Source: Candidatus Omnitrophota bacterium | GTDB lineage: Bacteria > Omnitrophota > Gorgyraeia > Zapsychrales > Zapsychraceae | Direction: 5' to 3' | Length of the DNA stretch: 64,000 nt | Assembly: GCA_018062515.1 (NCBI GenBank) | Contig: JAGOSC010000003.1 | Location: forward strand, 14,495-78,494 | Shown here: positions 18,956-33,900 of the stretch, in pieces | Layout of the letters: every line of letters starts with the position of its first letter | Numbering within the stretch: position 1 is the first letter of the stretch | Position numbers and translations under genes: made by a program | The notes under the pieces: generated by a model | What the model saw: the letters and a program-made list of their open reading frames with translations, nothing else | What the model was told of the DNA's origin: nothing | The model's database searches: none

Positions 18956-21900
18956 CTATTTCCAAGCAATTTGCATATCGATCGACGGATAGTTTAATAC
19001 CAGGATGGGTTCGCCATTTTCATCAATCAGAATTTCATTTTCACCTAAATGAATACGGTCATAATATAAATTCGGAATCGACATAAACTTGCGGTTGCCT
19101 TCATCTAAGATACTTTCCTGATAAGTTTTTTCTTCTTCCAAGAAAACGCCCGACGGAATTTTAACCGGCAGCGGTGTGATGGTGATGGGAACCATAAAAA
19201 TATCCATCATTTTCAGTTGTTCGATGAGAAGGTCTTCCTGATCAAAAAATTCTAAAGGAACATGAATAGACTTTTCAATCGGAATAATATTGAACTCTAT
19301 GTACGGCCGGCCGGGAACTTCCTCGACGGGTTCTGGAGGTAAATATTGAGATAAAAAGTTTAAGTATTTGATCGTATACATGTGATCTGGTATTGCTGTC
19401 AACGGAACTTCCAGGAATAAAGGATACGGAAGTTGTGTGGGTTTATAGTCCAACGTTATGACGATCGGCATGACCTTTGGAATGTAAACTGGCCTAATAA
19501 TATACTTTTCTCCAAAAACAAAATTCGTTTTAAACGGGAGTGGATCCCAAATATATGGGACAAGGTCAAAGGTTTGAGATATCTGTACACTAATTGAATT
19601 CACAATGTATTGAAGATCCTGCACCTCATACTCACTTTGTGTATTATTTGAGGATAAAGAAATATTGCTTTGATTTGACCGGCCATATTCTTTCGTCATT
19701 TCGTCAGTAAATTCTGTTTTTCCTTCTTGGCTGTATAATTTTTCTTCTCCAGGTGAATTTTTACCTCTCGGGGTAATTTCGCCCATTCTTGTTAAAAATG
19801 CATCGATCATATGATCAGCTGGATGAGAAAGGCCAAATATACTCATCAAATAAGCTTTGTTCGCCCCTCTTTGATTATTATTTTTTATATACAAAAGTAT
19901 AGGCCATGGAGCATTACCGCGATCATCAAAATATTCTTCGTAATTAACGACATATCGAAAATCCCAACGATTATCCGCCCGATATTTTTGCTGAGCTAAT
20001 CGCCGATCATTCATTGGTCTTTCGTTTTCATTCACGACCAGAGCCCGATCGTTCATCAAGGCAAAAACATCAGCCCATTCAGGATTATTTAACCGGTCTT
20101 TCATATATTGTTGCCATGTTTCGCGCTTATCTAATTTAAACCGCTGGACGATTTGTTCAATGTAACGCATATCTTTTTCTCTGACTTTTTGATCATAAAA
20201 GTTTCTCCACGCAGCCGTTTTTTCAATATTACTTTCTTCCATTTCCGGCTCTCCGCGGGTTAAATCAAGTTTTAGAGCTAAAAAAGCTTGATCATCATTG
20301 CCGTCGACGCTGTCCCCGGTGTTAGTCGCTGCATAGAAAACAGCGCTTTTACGTCCATATCCCTTACCTCTTTCAGATTCACGGACAGCTTGAACCACAA
20401 TATTCTGATTCTGACGGACATCCTTCATACGCTGCAGGACAATGACAACGTTGGCCCGTATAGAAGCGGCCAATTTATTCATGTACTCGATAAGGAAATC
20501 ATATACCAACTCAATATAATTAATGATCCTGAAAAGAATATCAAAAATACTATTCAAGAATTGTTTACCTTTTGCATGTGAAATAACCAGCGGCACATCA
20601 GCGAATTCTTTATTTACATCGATAAAATCATTGATTCGGTAAATTTCTTTTTCTATTGAACGATGAGCAATCATCGATTCCACATTCCATTCCGGCATGC
20701 CCAACGGTGTGTATTTTTTTATGTCAATCGACGGGCTATTTTGTTCCACATATAAAAACAGATAGCTTAACCGCTTCGTATTTTCTTTTTTATTGGCGCC
20801 GGATTGATTGTTCATCAAGACAAAAACGACAGCCCATTCAGGATTATTTAACCGGTCTTTCATATATTGCTGCCATGTTTCGCGCTTATCTAATTTAAAC
20901 CGCTGGACGATTTGTTCAATGTAGCGCATATCTTTTTCTCTGACTTTTTGATCATAAAAATTTCTCCACGCGGAAATCTTTTCAGAATTACTGTCATTCA
21001 TTTCCGGCTCACCGCGGGTTAAATCAAGTTTTAGAGCTAAGAAAGCTTGATCATCATTACCATCGACGCTGTCCCCGGTGTTCGTTGCTGCATAGAACAC
21101 AGCGCTGTATTCTTTTGGATTATTGTTCTGATCCGATGATTCCTCTCTAATTGAAACTGGCAAAGCGATTTGATTCGGATAATTATTTCCGATGGTACGG
21201 AACGGTTTCAAACCGTTCCCTACTGTTCCCGTGACATTAAAAAACAAATCTTCAATTAATCGGGTTAAATATTCAATCCAAAAATCTAATAACGTTTTTC
21301 TCTTAACTTTTGATTCAGGGATGGCATATTCCGTCAGTGATGGTGAATGTTTAGCAGGTATTACATTGGCAATATTGATTGTAATAATATTAAGAGGCAC
21401 TTCATGGAATTCGCCGCTTGCCTGAATTTCTTTTTCAATCGCCGGTTGTCCGCTTATTTTTAAACTGTCTTTAACAATCATCGGTTTATCCGCATACATC
21501 GGCACAGTGATTTCTTCTATATTAGATTCCAACAATTTATTCGCCTCATTTAACAATTCATTCATTTGTCGATTATCATTCAACATATCATTAACCAATG
21601 ATTTTAATTCCTTAACTTTATTTGGATCTTTCGACGGTGTTTGTTCTTTCAGTAAGTTGAAAACAATCGCCCAAGCCGGATTATTTAATCGGTCCTTCTT
21701 ATATTGCTGCCATGTTTCGCGTTGATCTAATTTAAATCGTTGGGCAATTTGCTCAATATAACGCATATCCTTCTCGGCGATTTTCTTATCGTAGAAATTT
21801 CTCCACGCGGCCGCTTTGTCTGGTGTTGTTTCAAACATTTCCGGCTCACCACGGGTTAAATCAAGCATCTTGGCTAATTGCGCTTGATCATCACTGCCGC

Positions 21901-24900
21901 TCATACTGTCACCGGTATTGGTTGAAACAACGAAGACCGATCCAACTGGGCTTGTTTTGTTTTGTACGTCTTGTTTAAATGTTGGTTCGGCATTTTGATG
22001 AGAATCACTTCTATACTCGACAGGCTCTTGAGTTTTTCTCGTCGGATGCATGGCCGAGAATTCACCCAAGAATAATTGTTTTAAATAATTAACCATCATG
22101 TCAAACCAAGAGAATAATTGATCAATACGAATTGTGATGACGGTTTCTTCTTCAGTAGCGATCGACGGCAAGAAGAATGGAACTTGTTTCGGTGATCCGA
22201 TGCGCGCTATACGAGAAGATAAGTCTTCCGGTGGTAAAATCATGGATTTAACTGCGTCTGCTAAGAGATTAAGTTTGATTTGTTTAATGTCGCGTTCAGC
22301 GATCATGGCTTGATCGTCGCCTTTTGCCTTTTCGGAAGTCAAATCATGACCTTCAATCTTCGCTTGTGATGGATCAACTAAATGCGCGATCATTTCTTGC
22401 GGTATGACGGCGGTGAACTGTTTATTATCCATTTTATAAAGTTCTAATTCTTTAAACTTAATATTCATCATTTCTGTTAGTTTCTGTAACTGTGCTTTGG
22501 TGCCTACTGCTATATGAGTATACGCTCCAATCTTTTCACCGATCTGCTCGTCGAGAATGACTTTATTCCTATCCCATAGAGAGAATATTGTCTTGACCAA
22601 CTTGACATCACCTAACATAAGATGATCTTGGTCAACTTCAACAAAACCATTTTCCGTAAATGAATGGAAAATACCTTGATGAATAACACCGCCGGAAGTC
22701 GGCTGCACATAATAAGGATTGTCGCTGGCTTCAATTTGCGGATCATGATATCCGGCATTCTCGTCGACTAAACCAAGCATTTTAAGCATCTTGCGTTGTA
22801 TAACCATATTTTGCGCGTCATTCCTTCTTGATTTTTGAACAGGATTATTTGGACCACCGACGACGTGAAGACCAATCAACTCATGCAGCATAGCTTCTGC
22901 TCGTCGTTGATCGGTATATTGTTCGCCGGACATTTCTTTCGGATTTAAACCGATATCTTTCAGGAATCCATCATTTAGATCAGAAGCCTTGGTCACAATA
23001 ACGTTATTGTTATCTTCGTCGGCAAAACCGGCCGGGAATGAACTTTTCATGATGTGTTCAAATGTAATTCTTTGGGCCGGGCTCATACCTTTAAGAATAT
23101 TCAAATCACCTAAACTCTTGAAATCAAGATCAAATTCATTTCCGACGAGGATATCGTTAATATCTGCGATCATTTCTGAGGTGTAATCCTTAAATTCCAA
23201 TTTCTCAATTTCTTCAATAGCGTTTTCCGCGAAGTGAGGAGTCAATTTAGTGATTATCTGGTCATAAATTTTTTGATCAAATAATCGTTGTTGTTCATCC
23301 TTGAACTGGTTCATCATGTTAATGGTTTCCTGAGCACCCAGATTGATCAAGGCTAATACATCAATTGATGAATCATTTGGATCAAGCGCGCGCTTCATCA
23401 TTTCTCTTAGGTCTTTCACCAATGCATGGAAGTTGGCCGTCATTTTCTCTGGTTGAGCGAGCACATCATCCAATCGTTTCACGATAATTTGAGCAGAGCG
23501 GTAATAAGGCGATTGTTCCGGATCTGTTGGATTAATTTCGCTGATCTTGACGGCCGCGCCCATCAATTTCTGCATATATAGATTCCAGACTTGGAAATAT
23601 CCGACAAAATTATTATCGTTGGCGCGTTTGTCGTCGATCTCAAAGGCGCGTTCAAATCCAGCTTTTGTTACCCGCTTGGTTAGAACAGGCGATTTTTTAT
23701 TCTTTGTTTCAATTTTCGTATGGATCACTTCATCATTATTGAAATGAACAAACGCATGCGCTTTTTCCGTTCCCTTAATATCGACTTGTACGACATTAGG
23801 AACGCCGTTCTCATTAATTTCATAAACGGCCCGGCTGACTTTAAGTTGACTGTCAAATGAGTCTTTCACATCTAATTCAAATTGATGATTCTTGTCTGTT
23901 CGGTTCACACGATTATCAAATATGACCAGATCCCGTCCGATTAATGTGAAACTATGCATTAATTTTCTGTATTCTTTCTCAGTTTGATCAAAGAACTTGG
24001 CATCCAAACCTTTTTCATAGCGTTTTGCGTCGATGGTCACACTTTGCGCTAAAATTTGTTTTTCTAAAATTAAATCTCCAGAGTCTTCCACTGTTTTGGT
24101 AATCCATAAAGGTAAGTAAGTACGTTTATTTGTTCCATTTTCTTGGTACTTATATACAAATTGTTTTTGATAAGCAATTCGTCCATTTTGTATCGGTACA
24201 ATTTTACGATTATATTGATCGCTGCCTTCATTGTGCTCAACAAATGTAACAGCGAGGGCATTTTGTGTTAAAGAATTCAGGATCAAATTATTTTCATAAA
24301 CCAATGTTTGACCATTCGGCAAATAGCCTCCGAAGTTTAGTTTGATCGGCTTATATTGATTATTTGCCGACATACTAACAGCATTCGCAGCGACGACGAC
24401 TTGCTGTCCCTCTTCGTTTGTATCGAAGGCCGTGGCTTCGTAAGTTTCAAAACCTGTGCCGGCATCAATGGAAACATTCATAGACGTTGTACTTGATCGG
24501 TTCAAATGCGTGATGATTCTTTGTTCGGTGCTTTCGGTAATCAATTGATTGATTTTCTGATTAACTTCCTTCTCGGTGATGCGTCCAGATTGGCTCTTGG
24601 CGGCGGAAACCACACTATGGATTTGTGATCTGACTTCAAGCGTTTTAAGAATGGTTTCACCTAAAAATCTTAATCGTTTAATATCACCGTCGGCCAATGC
24701 TTGTTTAATATCTCGCCGTAACGTTAAGTTGATGTCAGGATCGTTATGAATACTCATGATGATTTTGGCTTTATTATTATCCAAACGTCCGATACCTGAG
24801 TCTTTCACTAAGTTTGAACGATAAATAAACTGAAGGAATTCAGCTAATGCCGTCGATCCGACAAATATTGTATTAGCTTTTGTTGGCGCATCTCCTCGTA

Positions 24901-27900
24901 TCTTGGCTAAAATATTGGTTCCACCGGAAAGACCTAACTCGACGATGACTAATTCCATGTCTGGGTTATTTTGTGCTTCACGGACTAATTCAATCGCCTT
25001 TCTTTCCTGAAGAACATCCGGCTCGCCACGTAATTTCGCGTCTTCGCCGACGAGAACAATTAATTTTTCTTTATCAAATTTCACTTTTTCACCGTTCATC
25101 AATTCAATTTCTTTGACTCTAAAGACATGATCTGTGCCTTCGACCAAATGACCTGATTTCTTTAATCGTTCAGTTAATTTCTTGAAGCCTAAAGCGTTCC
25201 ACAGAGAAACTAACGTAACTCTGGTATCTTTTGTGTTCATTTCTGGATGAGTTATGGCTTTTGATATGACATCAACAATCGGATCTCCCGGTCTATCGTG
25301 GCTCGCCGGCGTTAAATCAAATTCTATTTTCGCTGATTCCGGAAGACCAGGTTCTTTACCTAAACGGAAAATCCTCATTCCTTGCATTTCCGCCGATAAA
25401 CGCATGGATTCCGCCGTCGCTGTCATACCTATACCACCAGCGACCAAACGATGGACATCTGCCGGTTTGACAGCATTTTCGACTTTTGACAATGCCGCAG
25501 TCAAGTAATGATCCATGCTGAGTTTTTCCATAATAACTATGGCGCGGGCTGTATGAGCATCGCCTGGAATCGTTCCCGGTTGAGAGAATTTATTAGCGGT
25601 CAACATGTAAATACCAAGATCACTATCCGGATCTAGGCCATGAATCGGATTGTCACGGGCAAATATCATTTCGATAAACGCATTCACCTGTTTGATAATT
25701 TCTTCACGAGTTTCCTCAAAAACTTCTTTTCCGTTTTCTTTCAATTTATTTAATTCTTCTTTATATTCTTTAGAGAATTTCGCCAATGGACTTAATTTTT
25801 CGCCATCCTTCACGAAGGAACGAAGAACCGGGCGTCCATATTGGTCTGTATCGAAAATTAATTCTTTTTGGCCTTTAACTTCAGCCAGCATTTTCATGAT
25901 GATTTTTTCTTTGATTTCATCCAGCGGCTTCATCAATTCAAGTTCATGTAGTTTTTCTTTTGCCTCTTTATCGCCGAGCTTAACTTTCGCTTGTAATTCT
26001 TGACGTTCTCTATTTCCCTTAATTAAGTCAGCGGAACGTTCGTTAGCATCTGTTTCGTCGCTGATTTCAAAAACGCGTTTTCCGATAACCTTATTTAATA
26101 TTTTGCGTGAAACTAATTCTTTAGAATCTTTGAAATCTCCGACGTTAATACCGTCCTTAAAGATAAAGTTATCTTTTTGCTTAATACGGCGTATACCGTT
26201 CTTTTCGCGTATTTCTTTCAGCAATGGATGATTCATAAATCGGTCCACTAATTTTTCCGGAATATTTACCAAAATAATTATCTTGCCATTTGTTTTTCTA
26301 TATAACCAGCGGGCAAAAGCGGCCGATAAGTCAGATTTACCAATACCGGCATCGGCGGCGTTAATGTCAAATCGGCCTTTTCCGTTTAAAAACGCGCGGG
26401 CAGATTCCAAAAATACCTTGGCCGCGTGAATCTGAGCCAAGCGGTTTTTGGACAGATCATAGAGTTCAATTCCGCCTTCGCTGACTGGCGTGGATTCCAT
26501 ATCACGTTTAACTTCGACGAGAATTTCGTATAATTCCAAAGTTTCCTTATCCAATTGACTCAAATCTTTCTTCAGTTTAAGTTCTTTAACTTTATTTTCA
26601 TCGTTAAACAGACGTTCCACTTCTTTAGATACTTCAATATAGTGTTCATTGATTTTTTCCGTTGATTTTGTTTCCGTCGGAGTTTTACGAATAGATGATT
26701 CAGCCGCGCCGCGTTTGTTTTCCTTGATGAGCCTTGGATCAAATCGATTAATGAAATTTTTCATTAATGATTTTTTCGATTTCTTGGCGATCATACTTCT
26801 ATCTTTAGTCGACGTCGTTTCTTTTGCTTCCACCTTGGAACTGAACATTTCCTTTAGAATTCTTAACATCTTTTCATACCATGATTCTTTCGGTGGAGTC
26901 GGTGAACCATTCGATGAACCTGAACCTAAAGTACCATTAGATGATGAAGGATTATTACCGCCGTTATTACCTGAAGATAAACCGCCACGACCACCTGTTC
27001 CGAAGAAACCGCCCATAGCCATTGCGGTCATTATGGATACATGTTCGCCGGAATTCATCCAAGTCGTTAAAACGTAACCGGCGACCGCTGAAATAATTAC
27101 CGGTCCGACGGAGTTTCTGTCCAACACTCGTTTGATCTTATAGAATAATTGTTGAGCTGAATCTTTTGTTACACGTTTAGCTTTGCGATGTGTGACGACG
27201 GACGCGATCAAACTGCCTAAAGTTAATAAGATAAATAATACGGAGACAGCCGCCTGATTCTTTTGTCCCGATTCCCCAATCGTAACTCCAGTTTTAGCGA
27301 AATAGGCGCTTTCTCCATAGTTTTGTCGACGAGATGATGTAATAACAGGGGCAAGACCATGAACTTTAGTTTTCGATTCCCCAATCGTATCCTTAGTTTC
27401 ACTATGGTCATTGCCCCTGTTGAAATAAAGGACAGCGTCATTCAGTTTCGATTCCCCAATCTTAACTTTAGTTACACTCAATGAATGTGTGACGCTGCCT
27501 TTAATATTTGTTTCTGAAATTAAGTTGTCTAAATGAATTGATTGTCCTTTAGCCACATTCATCGACGAGATATAGAGCATGAAACCGATCATAAACGGCG
27601 TAAAATACTTCAAAACACGTTTGATCAAGCTTGTTTGTTTCGTCGATGTTTGTTCTAATTCTTTATCAAGACCAGCCTCAATCACAGCTGGAGCATATTC
27701 AATCGGTGTGCCGTCACGTCTGGCTATAAAATAATTCTTGATATGACCAGGGTGATCACGGTCAAAAGCGACAATGGCTTCAACAATATCAGACACATAT
27801 TGGCTTCGATTTTCACTGCTCTTAGGTACAATAAACATCTTTCCTTTAACGAGGCCTAAAGCAATAGCGACGAGACTCAGAGCTGCCGTTCCTTCCACCT

Positions 27901-30900
27901 TAATACCAAACTTTTGATATAGAGCCATGCCGTAATAAGAGTCAATATTTGTCATACGGAAAGCGCCATCCGCATATTCACGTAGGCGATTCATAGCGCC
28001 GGGTTCCGGTGTCGCCGCGTTACCGTCGGAGGCTATCCCTTCATGCATCTCCCCAGTCGTTTCTGTAATCATTTGGATAGGTTCGCCAACTGGAACATTC
28101 TTGTTAGCTTCGAGTGTCATGTAACTCAAATCCGCAGGCGCTGTCGTAAATACGTACAAATGCGCTTGATTAATCATCGTCTTCACTTGAAGCCCGGCGC
28201 CGGCCGCCCAGCCACCTGAACCCATCGGCATAAGCACAACCAATTCACCATCTTTAAACCCTTTTATGGTAAACGATTTACCTTCTTTAAGCGCTGTCCT
28301 GCCAGCTGAATCTCCTTTATCTTTATCAAAATTATTTGGATCATATACTTCACCCGTTTCGGAATTTGTGACTTCATAACCACTCATGATTAAATCTTCC
28401 AACAATTGACGTACAATTTCCAAACCGCATGCCGAGTAACCTGAAAGGACCCATTCATATTTGGTTTTGTCAGCATGGCCGATTTGTAAATTCTCTTCCG
28501 GATTTTCGGCCACTAATTTCTCGACCTCTTCCAAAGCATGCTTATAACTCTTAAATTTGTCGATCAAAGTTCCAATTCCACCGGCACGCTCAATGTTATC
28601 TGCTTTGTGTTTCATAATCGGACCTGAGAAAACCAGGCCTTTCAGCTTCTTAATTGCTGCTTCGAATTTTGCTTCACTTAAACCACCTAATGGTTCTCCG
28701 CTCAATATTTCTTTAAATACATCTCTGGCGGCAAGTTCCTTATAGGTATTAACAAACCACTGATAGCCTTTCTTCTCATAAATTTCTATAACCGCACGTA
28801 CAGCCGTAACCGTGGCCAATCCATGATTACCAGTCGAAACGGCAATAACTTGTTTCGGAATTCTTCCTAAAAGAATGCGGATAAAAACTTCTACTGGCGC
28901 GCGATTTTTGAATGATCCGGTACGGTATAGCCATTCAAATAATTCGACAACAAAACCACTTGTTTCGTCTTTAAATTTCACTTCGACAGGTCGGCCAACA
29001 ATGTCGGATAGAAAATCGTTCATGCCTTTTATTGTGTAAAAATGTGTTACGACTTTAGAAACCATGCCGAATATACGCTGAAGTATTAAGGAAAGTCTAA
29101 CTTTCGCAAGTGTGATACCGCCTTCTTCTCTTCTAGCCTTAGCTTCAGCATGCGATAACGGAGTTAATTCAACATAATCAATTCCTTCTGGTAATTTTGT
29201 CTTTGCTCGACGAATGATATGACGGATGAATAATCCGGCGATAAGCGCTGTTCCAATAATAACAATACCAATAATAATTGTTTCGAAGCTGATCGTAGTT
29301 TTGGCAATCACATCAGAAAGGCTTTGAGCTTGAATACCGACGGCAGCTGAGAGTGATGCCGTCATTGTCGTGAAGAATATAACGAGAGAAATTAATTTAG
29401 ATCCACTATCATTTGATTCGCTATCGGTGGAGGCGTTGAGATCGGCTTCATTTTTGATTGAATCTTCAATAGGTGTTTGCTCAACTTTGCGTGTGCCTTT
29501 GAACACCATCATGCCCAATGGAGGCAATGTCATCGAAATGGAATTTTCACGATCATTGTATGGGATTTTTTCGGAATGTTGTCCTAACTTATTACCTATG
29601 TCACTGCCGCCGTATTTGGCAGAATCACTGTCTAAAATTGGTTCGAATTGACCAGCAAACGGTACACCGACGCGGTAATCGTTATGTACCGTCGGAGTTA
29701 AATTCGCGACAAACACAATCACTTCATCCGGATTATCACCTTTACGGCCAAAACTAATTACACTATGGTCATTATCATTAGCGATAAACTCATATCCGGC
29801 GTAATTCGAATCATATTGGTGAAGGGCTTGCTCATTCTTATATGCACGATTTAGATCGCTGAACCATTGTTGAACGCCGGCATGCAATGGATATTGCGTT
29901 AAGTTGAAATCGATACCTTGGTTATGATTCCATTCGGAATATTGGCCGAATTCTCCGCCCATAAATATTAATTTCTTACCCAACATGGCAAACATTAAAC
30001 CAAATAAAAGTCTTAAGTTCGCAAACCGCTGCCATTCGTCGCCGGGCATTTTGCTGAGTAGTGAAGCTTTCATGTGAACCACTTCATCATGCGACAAGGC
30101 CAGCACATATTTTTCGCCGGTCATGTAGGTAAAGTAGAAGGTCAGATCATTGATGTGATATTTGCGATATATCGAATCACGTTTGAAGAATTTAAGAATA
30201 TCATTCATCCATCCCATGGCCCATTTCAGGTCAAAGCCCAAAGCTTTACTATTATTTGACGCAGTGGATTCAGTAACGCCTGGCCAAGACGTTGATTCTT
30301 CGGCGATCATTAAGACACCCGGGAATTCTTTGTGAACCGTATCATTCAATAGTCTTAAGAAGCGGACAGCCTCGAGATTTTCATTTCCGCCATAAATATT
30401 CGGTTCCCATTCTCCAGCGTTTCGGCCATAATCCAGATGAATCATTGAGGAAACAGCATCGATGCGCATACCGTCGATGTGATAATATTCCAACCAGAAA
30501 TGGACATTGCTTAATAAGAAACTCATCACTTCATGACGTCCATAATTGAAGATCAATGTGCCCCAATCCGGATGTTCACCCTTCGATTTAGAATCATGAC
30601 TATAAAGTTCAGTACCATCGAAGCGGGCTAATCCATGAGCATCTTTCGGGAAATGCGCCGGAACCCAATCAATAATGACGCCAATGCCGGCTTGATGAAG
30701 TTGATCAACCAAATATTTGAAATCATCCGGCGTTCCGTAACGTGATGTCGGAGCGAAATAATTGCTGACTTGATATCCCCATGACGGATAATAATTGTGT
30801 TCGAATACAGGCATCATCTCGACATGGGTAAAGCCCATGGCTTTTACATATGCAACCAGTTCAGCGGCCAATTCACGGTACGTTAAGAATCCTGTTTCTC

Positions 30901-33900
30901 CATTTTCTAGTATTTTCTTTCTGAAAGAACCCAAGTGTATTTCGTAAATTGAAATCGGATGATTGATCGATGTTTCAACTCTATTCTTCATCCATTCCCC
31001 ATCATTCCATGTGTACTTCTTAACATTCACGACTTCAGAGGCTGTGCTATATTCTTTTCCTTCGGTTGGATGTTCGTTGTACTGCGCGTATGGATCCGCT
31101 TTAGTTTGAACTTGACCATCTTTACCGACGACGTGGAATTTATAACGACTTCCTTCTTTCACGCCAGCGATATAAATCGACCATACGCCGCTATCTGTAT
31201 CCAATGTCATTTGATTTGATTCATGTTGGCCATTGTTAAAATCACCGATGACTGAAACGGCCTGAGCATTTGGCGCCCAGACGGCGAAATAAGTACCATA
31301 TACTTTTTGTTCAGTTTCGATTAGATGAGCGCCGAGCTTTTCATAAACGCGGCTATGAGTACCTTCGTGATTGAATAAAAGTTTATCGAATCCGCCGAAT
31401 TGTAAGCTATTGATTTTTTCTTGAACTAGACGAGCTTCTTCATCCAATTCGGTTTGATAGGTAAAGAATTGATCTTCACGTTGGCTGTTGAGTTTATGGG
31501 AAAGGTTGAATTCAGCGACGGCGCCGATTTCGTGGACCAAGCTGGCGGCGGCTTGAACGTCGGTTAAATATCCGCGTGTTACGTATTCAGGATGATTAGA
31601 TAGGAGTATATATTCTTCATTGTTATATTCATAAACGGTAGCTAAAAATCCTTTGAATGGACCGGCGCGGACATAACCGGCGCTAACCATCGCACTCAAT
31701 CGTTCAGCCATGGCTTTGTAACCGTGACTATATAAATAATCAAGCGCAATCGTAACGGCTGCATCATTGATCATTATCGTGGCCAAACGATTAATATCAT
31801 TCTTTCTCGTTCTTTCTCTTATTTCTCTGAGAATAGAAATAACTTTTAGCGTTAAGCCTTCTGCTTTTAATCTCCAATCCCAATTGTTCACCGTTGTGTT
31901 AGGCTTATTCATTCTGGCTTCTCCGCCCAAACCAAGCACATCTTGCATTTGAACAATCGCTGTATTGGCTTTTGATGACATCGCAATCTGAATTAAAGCC
32001 AAATGAATATTTTTCTCGTTAATTTCTTTATTCAAGAATTCTTCAATCTCAATTTTTTCTTTAGCCGTGGCATCCGCAATATACCAACCGACTGTCGTGT
32101 TATTATCATGAGTTCCGGGATAAACCACTGTATTTGAATCAACATCACCCAATCCGAACTGAAGAACTTTCATGCCAGGCAAGTTAAATTGTTTTAACAA
32201 GGCTGTTACTTTTGGCGTAATTTTATCTTCCGCGCCTAAATCCTCGGCGATAAACGGCATATCTGGGAAATCTTTTTTCAATTGATTAAACAAGTCGGCT
32301 TGTGGACCGTCGAGCCATTTTCCATTTTTGGCTGTCTCTTCACCAGCTGGAATGGCCCAGTAAGCCACAAACCCGCGGAAATGATCCAATCGAATAATGT
32401 CGAAGAAATTAAGTTGATGGCGTAAACGGGCAACCCACCAGGCATAATTATTGTTCTTAAGCACATCCCAACGATAAAGCGGATTACCCCAAATTTGTCC
32501 AGTTTTACTAAACGCATCAGGCGGAACTCCAGCTTTAAACTTGAGCTGATTGTTTTCAGCCAGATCAAAATACTCACGGTTAACCCAAACATCGGCGCTG
32601 TCATGGCTGACAAACATTGGGACATCTCCGATAAGACGGACATTATTTTTAGAAGCATAGCTCTTCAATTCCTTCATTTGTTTGTACAACATGAATTGTA
32701 CAAACATGACTTCTTGAATATTGTCTTTATGCTTTCGCTGATATTTCTTGATCGCCGTTTTATTTCTATTTCTTACATCTTCTTTCCAATCCCACCATGG
32801 TTTTAATTCATTATTTTCTTTGAGAGTTCTGAATAAAGCGTAATCTTGCAACCAATCATCATTATTGGCGATAAATGTTTTAAATTCTTTTTTGTTAGCC
32901 GTTGATTTGAAGCGTTGATAGGCAATTTTTAATAAACGCTTTTTGAATTGGACAACAGCTTCATAGTCGACGAAGTTTTCATCGCCGGATTTAAAATCAG
33001 ATATTTCTTCTTCCGTCAAGAATCCGTATTCAACCAATTTTTCTAAACTGATCAATAACGGATTTAAGGCAAAGGCTGAATCGCTCAAATACGGTGAATG
33101 TTTGGTATAACCATCCGTCGGTGATAATGGAAGCATTTGCCAAATATGTTGTTTGGCTTTGGCTAAAAGATCAATAAATAGATACGCAGCCGGTCCAAAA
33201 TCTCCAATACCATGACGTGATGGCAATGATGTCATGGACAACAATACGCCGCTTTCTTTCGCTTCCGTCACGCGCTTGACTTCTTTACGGACCGTCACTC
33301 GGGTCGGCATTTTCTCGCCGGGAACTGGACGGGCTGCATCTTTTCTGACTGGTTTTAACTCCAATTCCAAGACTAAGTAACCCTGCGGATTTAAGATCAC
33401 TGTTGAGTTCTCAGTGAATGGATATTGTTCTTCACTACTTTCAAGACTGGTCCACAGGCCATTATTCTTCTCAGAAATATTCCATTCAGCTGGATTTAAG
33501 TTGAGCGTGAATGTTTGTGTTTCTTCTGAACGATTCACAATAACTAATCCCTGTTTCTGTCCGAGTTTTCGCTGGAAGACAAGTATGCCGTCTGGCAACC
33601 GACCGGTTACAATTTTATTAATTTCACCATTGCTCCATAAATCTGTACGGGTTTTGGGCAACCAATAATCATAAAATCTTCTTACATCAGGATTATTGGT
33701 TTCATTTTCAGGATGTCGTGTTACATACGTAGCGGTTGGTTTTTCCTTTGATCGTCCGTCGCGTTGACCAGAATTGATCATCACCATACCAGGTATCGTC
33801 ATCATGATGATCGCAGCAGCCATTTGCTGTTCTGTCGTCAAGAAGCTGGCTATACGTCGAGAAGGATCGTCATGATTTTCTAAGAAATGAACCGTGCGAG

